Below are positions 31,142 through 41,308 of a DNA stretch of 64,000 nucleotides, piece after piece (position 1 is the stretch's first letter; every line of letters starts with the position of its first letter). Made by a program: the position numbers and the translations under genes. Source of the DNA: Candidatus Latescibacterota bacterium (GTDB lineage Bacteria > Latescibacterota > UBA2968). The stretch lies in contig OZ242010.1 in the NCBI GenBank assembly GCA_965204745.1, positions 5,248,001 through 5,312,000 of the forward strand, given 5' to 3'. Under the pieces are notes generated by a model. That model was not told where the DNA came from. It ran no database searches and saw only the letters and a list, made by a program, of their open reading frames with translations.

Positions 31142-31531
31142 ATCTCTGATATCTCTGCCCTGTCGGGCTTAACCAGCCTGAAAGTGCTGATTATTAGCGA
31201 CAACGGCAACACCACCCCCCTCTCTGATATCTCTGCCCTGTCGGGCTTAACCAGCCTGAAAAAGCTGATTATTGGCGGCTACAGCAACACCAACATCTCT
31301 GATATCTCTGCCCTGTCGGGCTTAACCAGCCTGACATTTCTGAATCTTGCCGCCAACAACATCTCTGATATCTCTGCCCTGTCGGGCTTAACCAGCCTGA
31401 CATCTCTGGGTCTTCACTACAACCGCATCTCTGATATCTCTGCCCTGTCGGGCTTAACCAGCCTGACAGGTCTGAATCTTTCCTACAACCGCATCTCTGA
31501 TATCTCTGCCCTGTCGGGCTTAACCAGCCTG
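31142..31531 (+). repeat. LRR array 2: 6 constant blocks, variable segments 27-39 nt
   Basis: Same 39-bp block. Two variable segments are lengthened by whole NNC codons. Confidence 0.95.
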
Positions 31532-32431
31532 ACAGGTCTGGACATTAGGGCTAATCCCTTGAGCTATCCCTCCCTCACTACCCACATCCCGGCTCTCCAG
31601 AGCCGAGGCGTTTATGTAAGCTACGATACCCGCACCGTGACCAGTTTTATAAAAACCTCGGGCGATGACCAAACCGGCACGGCTGGTTCTAGCCTGTCCT
31701 ATCCGTTCAGAGTTCAAGTGTGGAGTCAGGGCAACTTTCCCGGGTTTGCCGGGGTGCCGGTCGCCTTTTCGGTCACGGCGGGCGGTGGGTCGCTCAGTAC
31801 CACAACCGATACCACCGATGCCTATGGTCGCGCCTCGACGAGGTTGACGCTGGGTGCTGCGGGCGCGAATACAGTTAAGGCAATTATCGACGTCTCGGAC
31901 ATTGACAAGTCCGTGACCTTCACCGCCACGGCAATAGATGTGACAACGGACCTGAAATTGACACTCTCGGCAGGGACCCTGAAATTGACACTCTCGGCAG
32001 GGACGCTGGTTCCGGCCTTCGATGGTTCTCTCTCCTACACGGCGACCGTGGCGAACAGCATCGACAGACTGACCGTTACGCCGACGAGCGATCACAACGG
32101 CGCCACGATCACGGTGAACGGCACTTCGGTATCGAGTGGCAGTGCGAGCAGTGCCATTTCCCTCAGTGTGGGCGAAAACACCATTACCATAGTGGTTGCC
32201 GCAGAAGATGGGACGACGAAAACCTACACAGTGACCGTTGAGCGCGGCGCGAACATCCCCGACGCCAACTTGCGTGCTGCCATTGAGGGCGCACTGAAAA
32301 AATCAAGCGGTGCGATCATTACCCCAAGTGAGATGGCGACCCTAACCCACCTTTATGCTAGGGGGATTAGTGATATGACCGGGCTTGAGTATGCAATCAG
32401 CCTGGATACGCTGTCTCTTCAACGCAGCGGC

Positions 32432-32935
32432 ATCTCTGATATCTCTGCCCTGTCGGGCTTAACCAGCCTGACAACGCTGAATCTTTACCGCAACACCAAC
32501 CTCTCTGATATCTCTGCCCTGTCGGGCTTAACCAGCCTGACAACGCTGAATCTTCAATTAAACCCCATCTCTGATATCTCTGCCCTGTCGGGCTTAACCA
32601 GCCTGAAAGAGCTGGTTCTTGTCAGCAACAACCTCTCTGATATCTCTGCCCTGTCGGGCTTAACCAGCCTGACAACGCTGAATCTTTTCGGCCCCAGCCT
32701 CTCTGATATCTCTGCCCTGTCGGGCTTAACCAACTTGGAACTTCTGGATATTGGCGGCGCCAACCTCTCTGATATCTCTGCCCTGTCGGGCTTAACTAGC
32801 CTGACAACGCTGTGGCTTCCCGGCAACCGCATCTCTGATATCTCTGCCCTGTCGGGCTTAACCAGCCTGAGAGATCTGTCTCTTCACCGCAACCGCATCT
32901 CTGATATCTCTGCCCTGTCGGGCTTAACCAGCCTG
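32432..32935 (+). repeat. LRR array 3: 8 constant blocks
   Basis: Same 39-bp block, with first codon ATC or CTC. Confidence 0.95.
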
Positions 32936-34730
32936 AAAGATCTGGAACTTAGGTTTAATCCCTTGAACTATCCTTCCCTCTCAACCCACATCCCGGCTCT
33001 CCAGAGCCGAGGCGTTGATGTATTCTATGATACCCGCACTTTGACCAGTTTGGTAAAAATCTCGGGCGACGACCAAACCGGCACGGCTGGTTCTCGCCTG
33101 TCCGATCCGTTCATCGTTGAAGTCCGGGATCAGAACGATGTTGCCTTTGCCGGGGTGCCGGTCACTTTTTCGGTCACGGCGGGTGGAGGGTCGCTCAGTA
33201 CCACAACCGATACCACAGACGCCAATGGTCGCGCTTCGACGAGGTTGACGCTGGGTGCTGTGGGCGCGAATACAGTTAAGGCAATTATCGACGTCGCGGA
33301 TATTGACAAGTCCGTGACCTTCACCGTGACGGCCGCGCAGGTGACGGGGCCTGTCACAGTGGTGACAGAACCGGGGCAAGTGACGGGTGTGACAGTCGCG
33401 CCTGGCGAGGGCTATTTGGGCGTGTCGTGGGATGCGGTGAACGGGGCGACCGGTTACAAAGTGCAGTGGAAATCCGGGGATGCGGTGTACGCCTCCGACC
33501 GTCAGCAAGTCATCGACAACGGTGGCAAGACGAGTGCGACAATCGCCGGTCTGACCGCAGGCACGGAATACACTGTGCGCGTCATCGCCACCCTGACCAA
33601 CGCCGACGATGGCCCGCCCTCGGTGGACGTGACGGGGACGCCCAGTGACAGACCGCCCTCGCCGCCCCCTGCTCCGCCCGACCCCACCCCAGACTATCTG
33701 CCATCCTTCAAAGGTTCAACTGTGACCGCGCAACGCTATCGGACGGGGACAGCCATCAACATCACCTTGCCGCAGGCAACCGGCGGCGATGAGGCACTGA
33801 CCTACGCCCTAACGCCCGCTCTGCCTTCGGGGTTGAGCTTTGACGCAAAAACGCGGGAACTGTCTGGCACGCCGGGCGAGATAATGGACGAAACCGAATA
33901 CACGCTAACTGCAACCGATACAGATGGCGATGCGACGACATTGACCTTCACGCTCGTGGTCGCAGCGGATCGGCTACCATCCTTCAGCGATGCGACGCGG
34001 GTTGCCGCACAACGCCATGAGCAAGGCACGACCATTGCGCCGCTGACCCTGCCCACTGCCACCGGTGGCGATGAGGCACTGACCTACGCCCTAACGCCCG
34101 CTCTGCCTTCGGGACTGACCTTTGACGCAAAAACGCGCGTGTTGTCCGGTACCCCACAAGAGGCACTGGACGCAACCGAATATACATTGACTGCAACCGA
34201 TTCAGATGGCGATGTAGCGACATTGACGTTCACGCTCGCGGTCATAGCGGACCGACTGCCTGCCTTTGGCGATGGGACACGGGTTGCCGCGCAACGCTAC
34301 TTCATCGGGGACAACGTCCACATGACCCTGCCCGAAGCCACCGGCGGCGATGGCACGCTGGTCTATATCCTACTGCCGTTCCTACCGAGCGGGTTGCGAT
34401 TCGACTCGGCCACGCACACGATCTCCGGCACGCCGAGCAGGGTGCTGACCGAGACCGAATACACTTTGTCGGCGTTTGATGCAGATGGCGATTTCGCCTC
34501 GCTGACGTTCACCCTTGAAGTGCAACCACTGACCGCCGACTTCAATGGCGATGGTCAGGTTAATTTTGCCGACTTCATGTCCTTTTTCGGCAAGTTTGGG
34601 ACGCGCCGAGGCGATGCGGAGTACGATGCGCGGTACGATCTCGACAGCGATGGCGAAATTGGAGCTTCCGATGGCCAGATCTTCATCGACCAATTCGGCA
34701 CTGGCGGTTGACGCACGAAAAACGATGTTC

Positions 34731-34775
34731 AAAAAAAAGCCCGGGTTCGCAAGGAACTCGGGCTTGTTGTTTTTG
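34731..34775 (+). terminator. Intrinsic terminator hairpin
   Basis: AAGCCCGGGTTC-GCAAG-GAACTCGGGCTT followed by a T-rich tail. Confidence 0.75.
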
Positions 34776-34809
34776 GTCTGCGCGTCGATTCGCGCTTGGC
34801 GTATTAGTG

Positions 34810-34935
34810 CCCACGCCCGATTTTGATGGCGATGGGCAGGTGACTTTCGCCGACTTCTTGACCTTTGCGGGCAAGTTCGGCACGGGACAAACAGACGGGA
34901 CAGACCGATGGGAAATACATTTACTTTCGCGTTGT
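34810..34935 (+). pseudogene. Fused remnants: dockerin-like tail joined to the 3' end of a GWxTD gene
   Basis: PDFDGDGQVTFADFLTFAGKFGT, then 34877-34935 matches 21974-22032 at 58/59 nt. Confidence 0.8.
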
Positions 34936-34973
34936 AGCGGATGGATCAGAGCAAAATGAATGAAAGGTTCAGG

Positions 34974-35162
34974 TCACTTGACCGCCGCCACCAGTGCGAA
35001 TGCGCGGGGATCGCCTTTTTTGCTCGCCAAGCGCGTGGCTCGGCGGATGATCTGGCGCGTTTGTCGGGTCGCGTCTTGTGCCCAGCGCGTCATCGCGGCA
35101 TAAGCCACCTCGGGATTGTCTTTGAGAATATCGCTCAGATTCCCGCCCACGGAGTGGCGCAC
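34974..35162 (-). pseudogene. C-terminal fragment resembling AlkC-like HEAT-repeat DNA alkylation repair proteins
   Basis: VRHSVGGNLSDILKDNPE resembles the family VRRSVANxLNDIxKDxP. An in-frame stop lies immediately upstream. Confidence 0.45.
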
Positions 35163-35270
35163 TTAATCTGCGGTTGATTTTGGGCGGGAATGTGGTATAT
35201 TGTGGTGCGGCTGCCCTTGGACGCTTTGAGCAAGCGGCCTATCCCTCACCCATATTTCAAAGGTCATATT

Positions 35271-38200
35271 ATGAAACTCTCCGAATACGCGATTGACAAA
35301 CCCATTACCACAGTGATGGCCGCGCTGAGTCTCGTGGTCATCGGATTTATCTCCCTGTTCAGATTGCCCCTCGAATACGCGCCGGACTTGCAGTATCCCA
35401 GAATGTACGTGGGGTTTTCGTATCCCTCGTCGTCGCCGGAAGAGATCGAGCGGAAAATCACCAAGCCCATCGAAGAAATGATGGGCACGATTTCCGGGAT
35501 CGAGTCCATCCGAGCGCGGTCTTATGGCAGTCGGGGGTACGTGTTCATGGAATTTGACTATGGCACGGACATGGAACTCAAGTCGATTCAAGTGCGCGAC
35601 CGCATCGATCAGGTTCGCAACTTACTGCCCGAAGACTTGGAGACCATCGAAACGCGCCGATGGGATTCGTCCGATTGGGAAATTTTGGACTACAACATGA
35701 CGTGGCTAGGCGACGATCCCTCGGAACTCGCCACCGTGTATAAAACCACCATCTTGCCCCGCTTACAACGCATTCCCGGGGTGGGCAATGTGGAAATGGA
35801 AGGCGCGGATGAAAAAATCCTCAGAGTCGATGTGGATCAAAACCGCATGCACGCGCATGGCTTGGACATTCGCACCCTCAACAGAACGATTCGGACGAAC
35901 AACATCAACATCTCGGGCGGGTACGTCACCGATGGCGGCAAACGCCTCGCGGTGCGCGCGGTCGGCGAATTTGACGAAGTCGATCAAATCCGCGATCTCG
36001 ACTTGCCCAATGGCCTCGAGATAAAAGACGTGGCGCAGGTGAGTTACGACTATCCGGAAAAGCGGTACTTCGAACGCTTGGACGGGCGAGACGCGGTCTC
36101 GATGGAAATTCGCAAAACCTCCACCGCCAATCTGGTCGAAACGTGCAGGCTGGTCAGGGCAGAAATCGAAGCCCTACAAGACGACATCGGGCGCGACAAA
36201 TTGCGCCTGCATCTGCGCCGCGACCAATCCGAAGCCGTGATCGCGGGCATCGCGGACCTGGGGCAATCGGCTATCTTGGGGGGCATGCTGGCGATTTGCA
36301 TCATCTTTGTCTTCTTGCGAAACTTCCGCAGCACGCTCATCGTCGGCTCTGCCATTCCCATTTCCGTCTTGTGCGTTTTCGTGATCATGTATTTGATGCG
36401 GCAGGTTTTTGGATCGACCATCACCTTGAACATGATCTCGATGATGGGCCTGATGGTCGCCATTGGGATGCTGGTCGATCCCGCTGTGGTGGCATTGGAG
36501 AATATCTATCGCAGGCGCTTTGACGAAGGCGACGGCGTGCGCGACGCGGCGATAGAGGGCAGCAGGGAAATCGGCATCCCGGTGCTGGCGGCCGCGCTGA
36601 CGACGATCTGCGTGTTCGTCCCCCTCATTTTTATCTCTGGCTCGTACAACACCATGTGGATGCGCGACTTTGCCATCACCGTTTGCATTTCCGTGGTCGC
36701 GGCCATGTGCGTGGCCTTGAGCCTCATTCCGCTGGCGTGTTCGCGGGCCTTTGCCTCTGCTGGCAACCGCGTGGATCTCGCGTTGAAACTCGGCTTGGGC
36801 GCGCTGTTTTGCGCGGGCGCGATCTACCTCATCCACCGGGAGGGCCTCGCGGAATCGGGCGCGTGGATCGCGGAAAACGCGCTGTGGCTTTTGGGCGGGC
36901 TCGCCACCGTGGCCATAAGCGTTTGGCTCGCACTCGGCGCGGCCGTCGCAACGCTGGCCTTTTTCTATTTTCGCCTGCGGCACCTCGGCCTCAAGGGCGT
37001 GTACGCGCGCGTCATCGGCACGACCCTGCACTATCGTTGGACCACGGTTGTGGTCGCCACGTTCATCTTGTTCAGCGGCATCTACATCTTCACCAAAATC
37101 GAAGTCCAACGCTACCGCTATCAACCCAACCGCATGGTGGGCTATACGGTGGAAATCCCGCGCACGTACGACATCGACGACGCGCTCGTCCTCTACAAAC
37201 AAATCGAAGCCATCCTGTTGCCGCACAAGGAAGAACTCGACATCGAAGCCATCAAAACCCGGTTCAGCACTCGGCGCGGCAATACGATCTATCTGTACCT
37301 CAAACCCGCTGAAGAAAGCGCGTACAGCACGGATGAAGTTCAAAAAAAGGTGACCGTGCTGTTGCCCAAAGACATCCCCGGCGTGCGCTTTAAGTCGGGC
37401 TTCAGGCGCAGGGGCAGCAGTGGCACGGGCGTGGGCATCGAAATCAAGGGCAGAAACCAGGAAGTGCTGGCGATTTTGGCCGAAGACATCCGCCTGCGAA
37501 TGGACGACATCGCGGGCATCCACACCGTCGAGACCAGCTTGGAAAGCGGCACCGAGGAAATTCGCGTGTCCGTGAACCGCACGCGGGCGCAGCAATTTGG
37601 CCTGTCGTCCCAACAAATTGCCAGCACGGTCGCCACGGCCTTGGGCGCGCGCGGGAACAGCAAGTTCAAAACGCCGGATGGGGAAATCGACATCGCCTTG
37701 CAACTGCGAGAAGAGGACCGCGCCACGCTGGACCAACTCAAAACCCTGTCTTTTGAAAGCGACCAAGGCAGCATGATTTCATTTGCCAGCCTCGCGGACT
37801 TTGAATTGACCAAAGGCCCGCAGTCTATCGAACGCCAAGATCGCATGTCCACCGTGACCGTCTTCGCCAATACCGAGGCGTCCGAGGTGCAAAAGGTCGG
37901 CTTTGAAATGCGCGACCGCATGGACGCCATCCCCTTGCCCAAGGGGTATAGCTGGCAGATGGATCGCCGGTTTCGGTACATGGCGGCTGAAGAGGGGGAA
38001 AGTAATTTCACGATGGTTTTTGCCGCGCTGCTCATCTACCTGATCATGGCGTCCCTGTTTGAATCCTACATCCACCCGTTCACGATCATGTTTTCCATCA
38101 GCTTTGCGTTTATCGGCGTGGCGCTGGGGCTTTACATTTTTGGCGTGGTGCTCGACAGCAACGCGACTTATGGGTTGCTCATCTTGTTCGGCATTGTGGT

Positions 38201-38537
38201 CAACAACGGCATTGTGCTCATCGACCACATCAACCGGTATCGCAAGCAGGGCCTGTATCGCAGAGACGCGATTTTGCGCGGGGGGCAAGATCGCCTGCGC
38301 CCCATTTTGATGACCGCCACCACGACCATTTTGGGCCTCGCGCCGCTGGTGATCCCGATGATCTACGGCAATGTGGAAGGCAATGCGCGCCGCTGGGGCC
38401 CCATCGGCTTGGTGATCATCTCCGGCCTGTCGATTTCCACGGTCCTCACTGTGGTCATCCTGCCGACCATCTACTCCCTGATGGACGATCTCTCCGGCTA
38501 CGCAAAGCGCGTCGTCGCCGTGGCAAAACGGGCATGA
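35271..38537 (+). CDS. RND family (AcrB/AcrD/AcrF) efflux permease
   Basis: AIDKPITT.., GMLVDPAVVALENI, GIVVNNGIVLID and RLRPILMTATTTILG. Confidence 0.92.
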   Translation: MKLSEYAIDKPITTVMAALSLVVIGFISLFRLPLEYAPDLQYPRMYVGFSYPSSSPEEIERKITKPIEEMMGTISGIESIRARSYGSRGYVFMEFDYGTDMELKSIQVRDRIDQVRNLLPEDLETIETRRWDSSDWEILDYNMTWLGDDPSELATVYKTTILPRLQRIPGVGNVEMEGADEKILRVDVDQNRMHAHGLDIRTLNRTIRTNNINISGGYVTDGGKRLAVRAVGEFDEVDQIRDLDLPNGLEIKDVAQVSYDYPEKRYFERLDGRDAVSMEIRKTSTANLVETCRLVRAEIEALQDDIGRDKLRLHLRRDQSEAVIAGIADLGQSAILGGMLAICIIFVFLRNFRSTLIVGSAIPISVLCVFVIMYLMRQVFGSTITLNMISMMGLMVAIGMLVDPAVVALENIYRRRFDEGDGVRDAAIEGSREIGIPVLAAALTTICVFVPLIFISGSYNTMWMRDFAITVCISVVAAMCVALSLIPLACSRAFASAGNRVDLALKLGLGALFCAGAIYLIHREGLAESGAWIAENALWLLGGLATVAISVWLALGAAVATLAFFYFRLRHLGLKGVYARVIGTTLHYRWTTVVVATFILFSGIYIFTKIEVQRYRYQPNRMVGYTVEIPRTYDIDDALVLYKQIEAILLPHKEELDIEAIKTRFSTRRGNTIYLYLKPAEESAYSTDEVQKKVTVLLPKDIPGVRFKSGFRRRGSSGTGVGIEIKGRNQEVLAILAEDIRLRMDDIAGIHTVETSLESGTEEIRVSVNRTRAQQFGLSSQQIASTVATALGARGNSKFKTPDGEIDIALQLREEDRATLDQLKTLSFESDQGSMISFASLADFELTKGPQSIERQDRMSTVTVFANTEASEVQKVGFEMRDRMDAIPLPKGYSWQMDRRFRYMAAEEGESNFTMVFAALLIYLIMASLFESYIHPFTIMFSISFAFIGVALGLYIFGVVLDSNATYGLLILFGIVVNNGIVLIDHINRYRKQGLYRRDAILRGGQDRLRPILMTATTTILGLAPLVIPMIYGNVEGNARRWGPIGLVIISGLSISTVLTVVILPTIYSLMDDLSGYAKRVVAVAKRA

Positions 38538-38554
38538 GCACATTCTCGCAACGC

Positions 38555-38593
38555 AAAACGCCGTGCAGAAACGACCCTGCACGGCGTTTTTTT
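38555..38593 (+). terminator. Intrinsic terminator
   Basis: AAAACGCCGTGCAG..CTGCACGGCGTTTTTTT. Confidence 0.8.
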
Positions 38594-38667
38594 CGCGCTT
38601 GTAATATCCGAGTCTTTTCCATAAGTTGGGGCGTTCAATGATTAGCTCAATTTTCAGGAGGGGCGAC

Positions 38668-39552
38668 ATGGTCTTTGGAGAAGGGGATTATCGGTACGAA
38701 GAAGTGGATGATTGGGCGAAATTGCCCGAGGGCTGGGTGTTCACGCAGGTGTCGGACGCCGCGGTGGATTCGCAGGGGCGCATTTACGCATTTACGCGCG
38801 GGGTTCACCCGGTGATCGTGTTTGACAAAGCCGGCAATTTCATCACGTCTTGGGGATATGGCGATTTTGGGATTTCCCCGAACCTGATCAGCCAATCGCA
38901 CGGCATTTTCATCGACCCAGAAGACAAGGTGTTTTTGACCGATTCTTACCAGCACATCGTTAGGCGTTATACCCGCTTGGGTGAGTTGGAACGCGAATGG
39001 GGCAACCGCGGCGTGCCCTCTCCGGCCTTTCGCCGCGGGGAATACAACATGCCCACCGGCGTCGCGTTCGCGCCCGATGGCGAGTCGTTTTACGTGTCGG
39101 ACGGCTACGCCAATATGCTCGTCCACAAGTACTCGCGCGGCGGCGAGCACTTGGCAACGTGGGGCGAAGCCGGGCATGGCCCCGGGCAATTCTCATTGGT
39201 TCACAACATCGGTTGCGATAAGACGGGGCGGGTTTTGGTGTGTGACCGCGAGAACAGTCGCATTCAGGTTTTCGATCCAGAGGGCAAATTCATCGAGGCC
39301 TGGACCGATTTGATGATGCCGGGCGACGTGTGGATCACCGATGACAATGCGATTTACGTGGCCGAGCAAGGCGGCGGCGGGCGCGTCAGCGTTTGGTCTC
39401 CGGACGGCGAATTGATCTGCCGATTTGCAGACCCGAGCGCGGTGCAATCCCCGCACGGCCTGTGCGTGGATGACGAGGGTAGCATCTACGTCGCCGAAAT
39501 CGGCACAGAGGGGCAGGGACAGCGGTTGCAGAAATTTGCGAGGGTCAGGTGA
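38668..39552 (+). CDS. NHL-repeat beta-propeller protein (PAL-like family)
   Basis: YVSDGYAN, GHGPGQFSLVH and VCDRENSRIQVFD. RBS AGGAGG. Confidence 0.85.
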   Translation: MVFGEGDYRYEEVDDWAKLPEGWVFTQVSDAAVDSQGRIYAFTRGVHPVIVFDKAGNFITSWGYGDFGISPNLISQSHGIFIDPEDKVFLTDSYQHIVRRYTRLGELEREWGNRGVPSPAFRRGEYNMPTGVAFAPDGESFYVSDGYANMLVHKYSRGGEHLATWGEAGHGPGQFSLVHNIGCDKTGRVLVCDRENSRIQVFDPEGKFIEAWTDLMMPGDVWITDDNAIYVAEQGGGGRVSVWSPDGELICRFADPSAVQSPHGLCVDDEGSIYVAEIGTEGQGQRLQKFARVR

Positions 39553-39588
39553 TACACTCCCCGTTGCGGGGAAGGGCCATATTAGTTT

Positions 39589-39627
39589 AAGGCGAGAGAT
39601 CAGATCGATCTCTCGCCTTTTATTTTT
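39589..39627 (+). terminator. Intrinsic terminator
   Basis: AAGGCGAGAGATC..GATCTCTCGCCTTTTATTTTT. Confidence 0.75.
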
Positions 39628-39724
39628 GGCTTTCAGCAACAGGAGCCCAGTGCCTCGTCAGGGTTTTCTTTCCGCAGAAAGTTTGTTTGTCTCGGCAACT
39701 CTTGAACGAAAAATTATCGCTGCG

Positions 39725-41092
39725 TCAAATAAACCCAATCGCCCGCCAGTAGCGCAGGGTTAGGGGAAGCAGTACCGCGAGCGTGAGCGCGGAAATCAGG
39801 GACATGACGAGGACAAATTGTCCCATTCGGGCGTAGCGAAATCCGTACGCAATAATAAAGGGCGCGCTTTGATAGGGGATGAAAACCACGCCCGTGCCGA
39901 TAGCCAGGCTGAGCGCGACGGGCAGGGGCGATAGGCCGAGTTGCGGGCCGAGGTCGAGCAAAACCGGAGCGAGCACCCCGCCGACCGCAGCGGTATCCAT
40001 CAAAAAATCAAAGGGCACAGCCAAGCAGGCCATGAGCGCGAGTTGGGCAGTCGGGGTGTCGAGGGTTTGGAGATGGGGGATGAACGCGGACGCGAGCGCG
40101 CGGTTGAGGCCAGACTGTTCGAGTGCATGACCTATCGCAAAGATCGAGGAAATGAAGATGAGCAGGGGAAAATTGACTTTTTTGAGGGTGTCAAAAGGCA
40201 GAGGGCCCCAGCCGGGCAAATAGCAGAGGAGCACGAGGCCCAGGCCCACATAGACCGGATGGATGCCGTGCATCGCGTCCGTCGTCCACATGACCATCCC
40301 GGCGATGAGAATGCCGAGCACCTTTTTCTCGGCTCGGGTGATCCGTGCGGGCACATCCGCGGGCGGGCGACGCGAGAGATCGGGTTGTCGCGCAGGGCGA
40401 AACAGCAACGAGATGAGGCCGTAGAGCAAGGCAACGCGCAACAGCCCGATGATGGGAAAGAGATAATACGCCCACGCGCTCCAATAGACCGAGAGGTCGC
40501 GCGATTCGAGCACGCCGAGGATGACCAAATTGGGCACGCTGGCCGTCAGAATGCCCGTGCCGCTGTAATACGTGGCGCAAGTCAGGGAGAGGACGAGGCC
40601 CGCGCTGACCTTTGAACCGGGCACTTCCCCAAGGGTTTTGAGCAGGGCAACGACTATCGGCATCATGATGAGGACGCGCACGACCCCAGAGGGAATCAGC
40701 AATGCCATAGCCACGCCGAGGATGTGCAGGCCCAAGACGAGTTGCCAATACCTATCCACGCGGTTGAGCACGAATTGAGCCAGTCGCGCGCCCAGCGGGG
40801 TTTCCGTGATGCCCAAGCTCAAGGCCATGCCCGCAAAAACGAGCCACACGGCTTTGCCGGAAAAACCTTGAAACGCGGTTTCAAAGGGCAGAACATCCAA
40901 AAGCGGAAAGAGCGCGAGGACGAAAATGGCGGTGTAGGAGATCGGGACGGGTTCAAACGTCCAGAAGATAACGGTCAGCGCAGTCAACGCGAGGGCCAAC
41001 CGTGCGGATGGGATGAGGTCGCCGGGCAAGAGGAGGATGAGCAGGAACAGGACAGGCCCGAGGATGAGGCCGATGGTTTGGGAGTGAGGCAT
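39725..41092 (-). CDS. SLC13/DASS family anion transporter
   Basis: Polytopic protein with FWTFEPVP, GILTASVPNLV and FIPYQSAP. Confidence 0.8.
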   Translation of the reverse strand: MPHSQTIGLILGPVLFLLILLLPGDLIPSARLALALTALTVIFWTFEPVPISYTAIFVLALFPLLDVLPFETAFQGFSGKAVWLVFAGMALSLGITETPLGARLAQFVLNRVDRYWQLVLGLHILGVAMALLIPSGVVRVLIMMPIVVALLKTLGEVPGSKVSAGLVLSLTCATYYSGTGILTASVPNLVILGVLESRDLSVYWSAWAYYLFPIIGLLRVALLYGLISLLFRPARQPDLSRRPPADVPARITRAEKKVLGILIAGMVMWTTDAMHGIHPVYVGLGLVLLCYLPGWGPLPFDTLKKVNFPLLIFISSIFAIGHALEQSGLNRALASAFIPHLQTLDTPTAQLALMACLAVPFDFLMDTAAVGGVLAPVLLDLGPQLGLSPLPVALSLAIGTGVVFIPYQSAPFIIAYGFRYARMGQFVLVMSLISALTLAVLLPLTLRYWRAIGFI

Positions 41093-41308
41093 AGTCAGTT
41101 GTCAGTTGTCAGTCCCATCAGTCGTAGGGACGGGTTGAGGTGTAGGCCAAGAAAAAAATCATATAAGCCGTATTGGAAGTTCCGAGAAGACATATAGGGC
41201 TAAAGACGCGCCACATTCGCCCCTGTTTTTTGCTTGACTCTTTTGGCAGAAGTCCTATATATCGCAAAACCCAATGCCTCTCACTCCCCCTTCAATGAGG
41301 TGATTGCC

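Larger units (their letters stand above)
28306..34711 (+). pseudogene. Large secreted LRR surface protein (cadherin-like, 3 LRR blocks, Big-1, FN3, He_PIG-like, dockerin/EF-hand tail) interrupted by IS5
   Basis: Removing the IS plus one TA leaves 5586 nt, or 1862 codons in frame. The intact junction GGGATTAGTGATATG is present in the internal duplicate at about 32363. Confidence 0.9.

Noticed and set aside
28879-32935. CRISPR array (39-bp repeats with 27-39 nt unique spacers)
   Set aside because: All units are in frame within an LRR ORF, the spacers share fixed CTG/CTT codons, and no cas genes or leader are present.
28306-34711. Complete DGR locus
   Set aside because: No reverse transcriptase, avd or non-coding template repeat is visible in the window. 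Only the mutational pattern is reported.
36174-37766. 530-aa antisense ORF and similar long shadow ORFs (e.g. 59569-60606, 61710-62834, 55824-56885)
   Set aside because: They lie opposite or overlap well-supported genes in GC-rich DNA and have no recognisable motifs.
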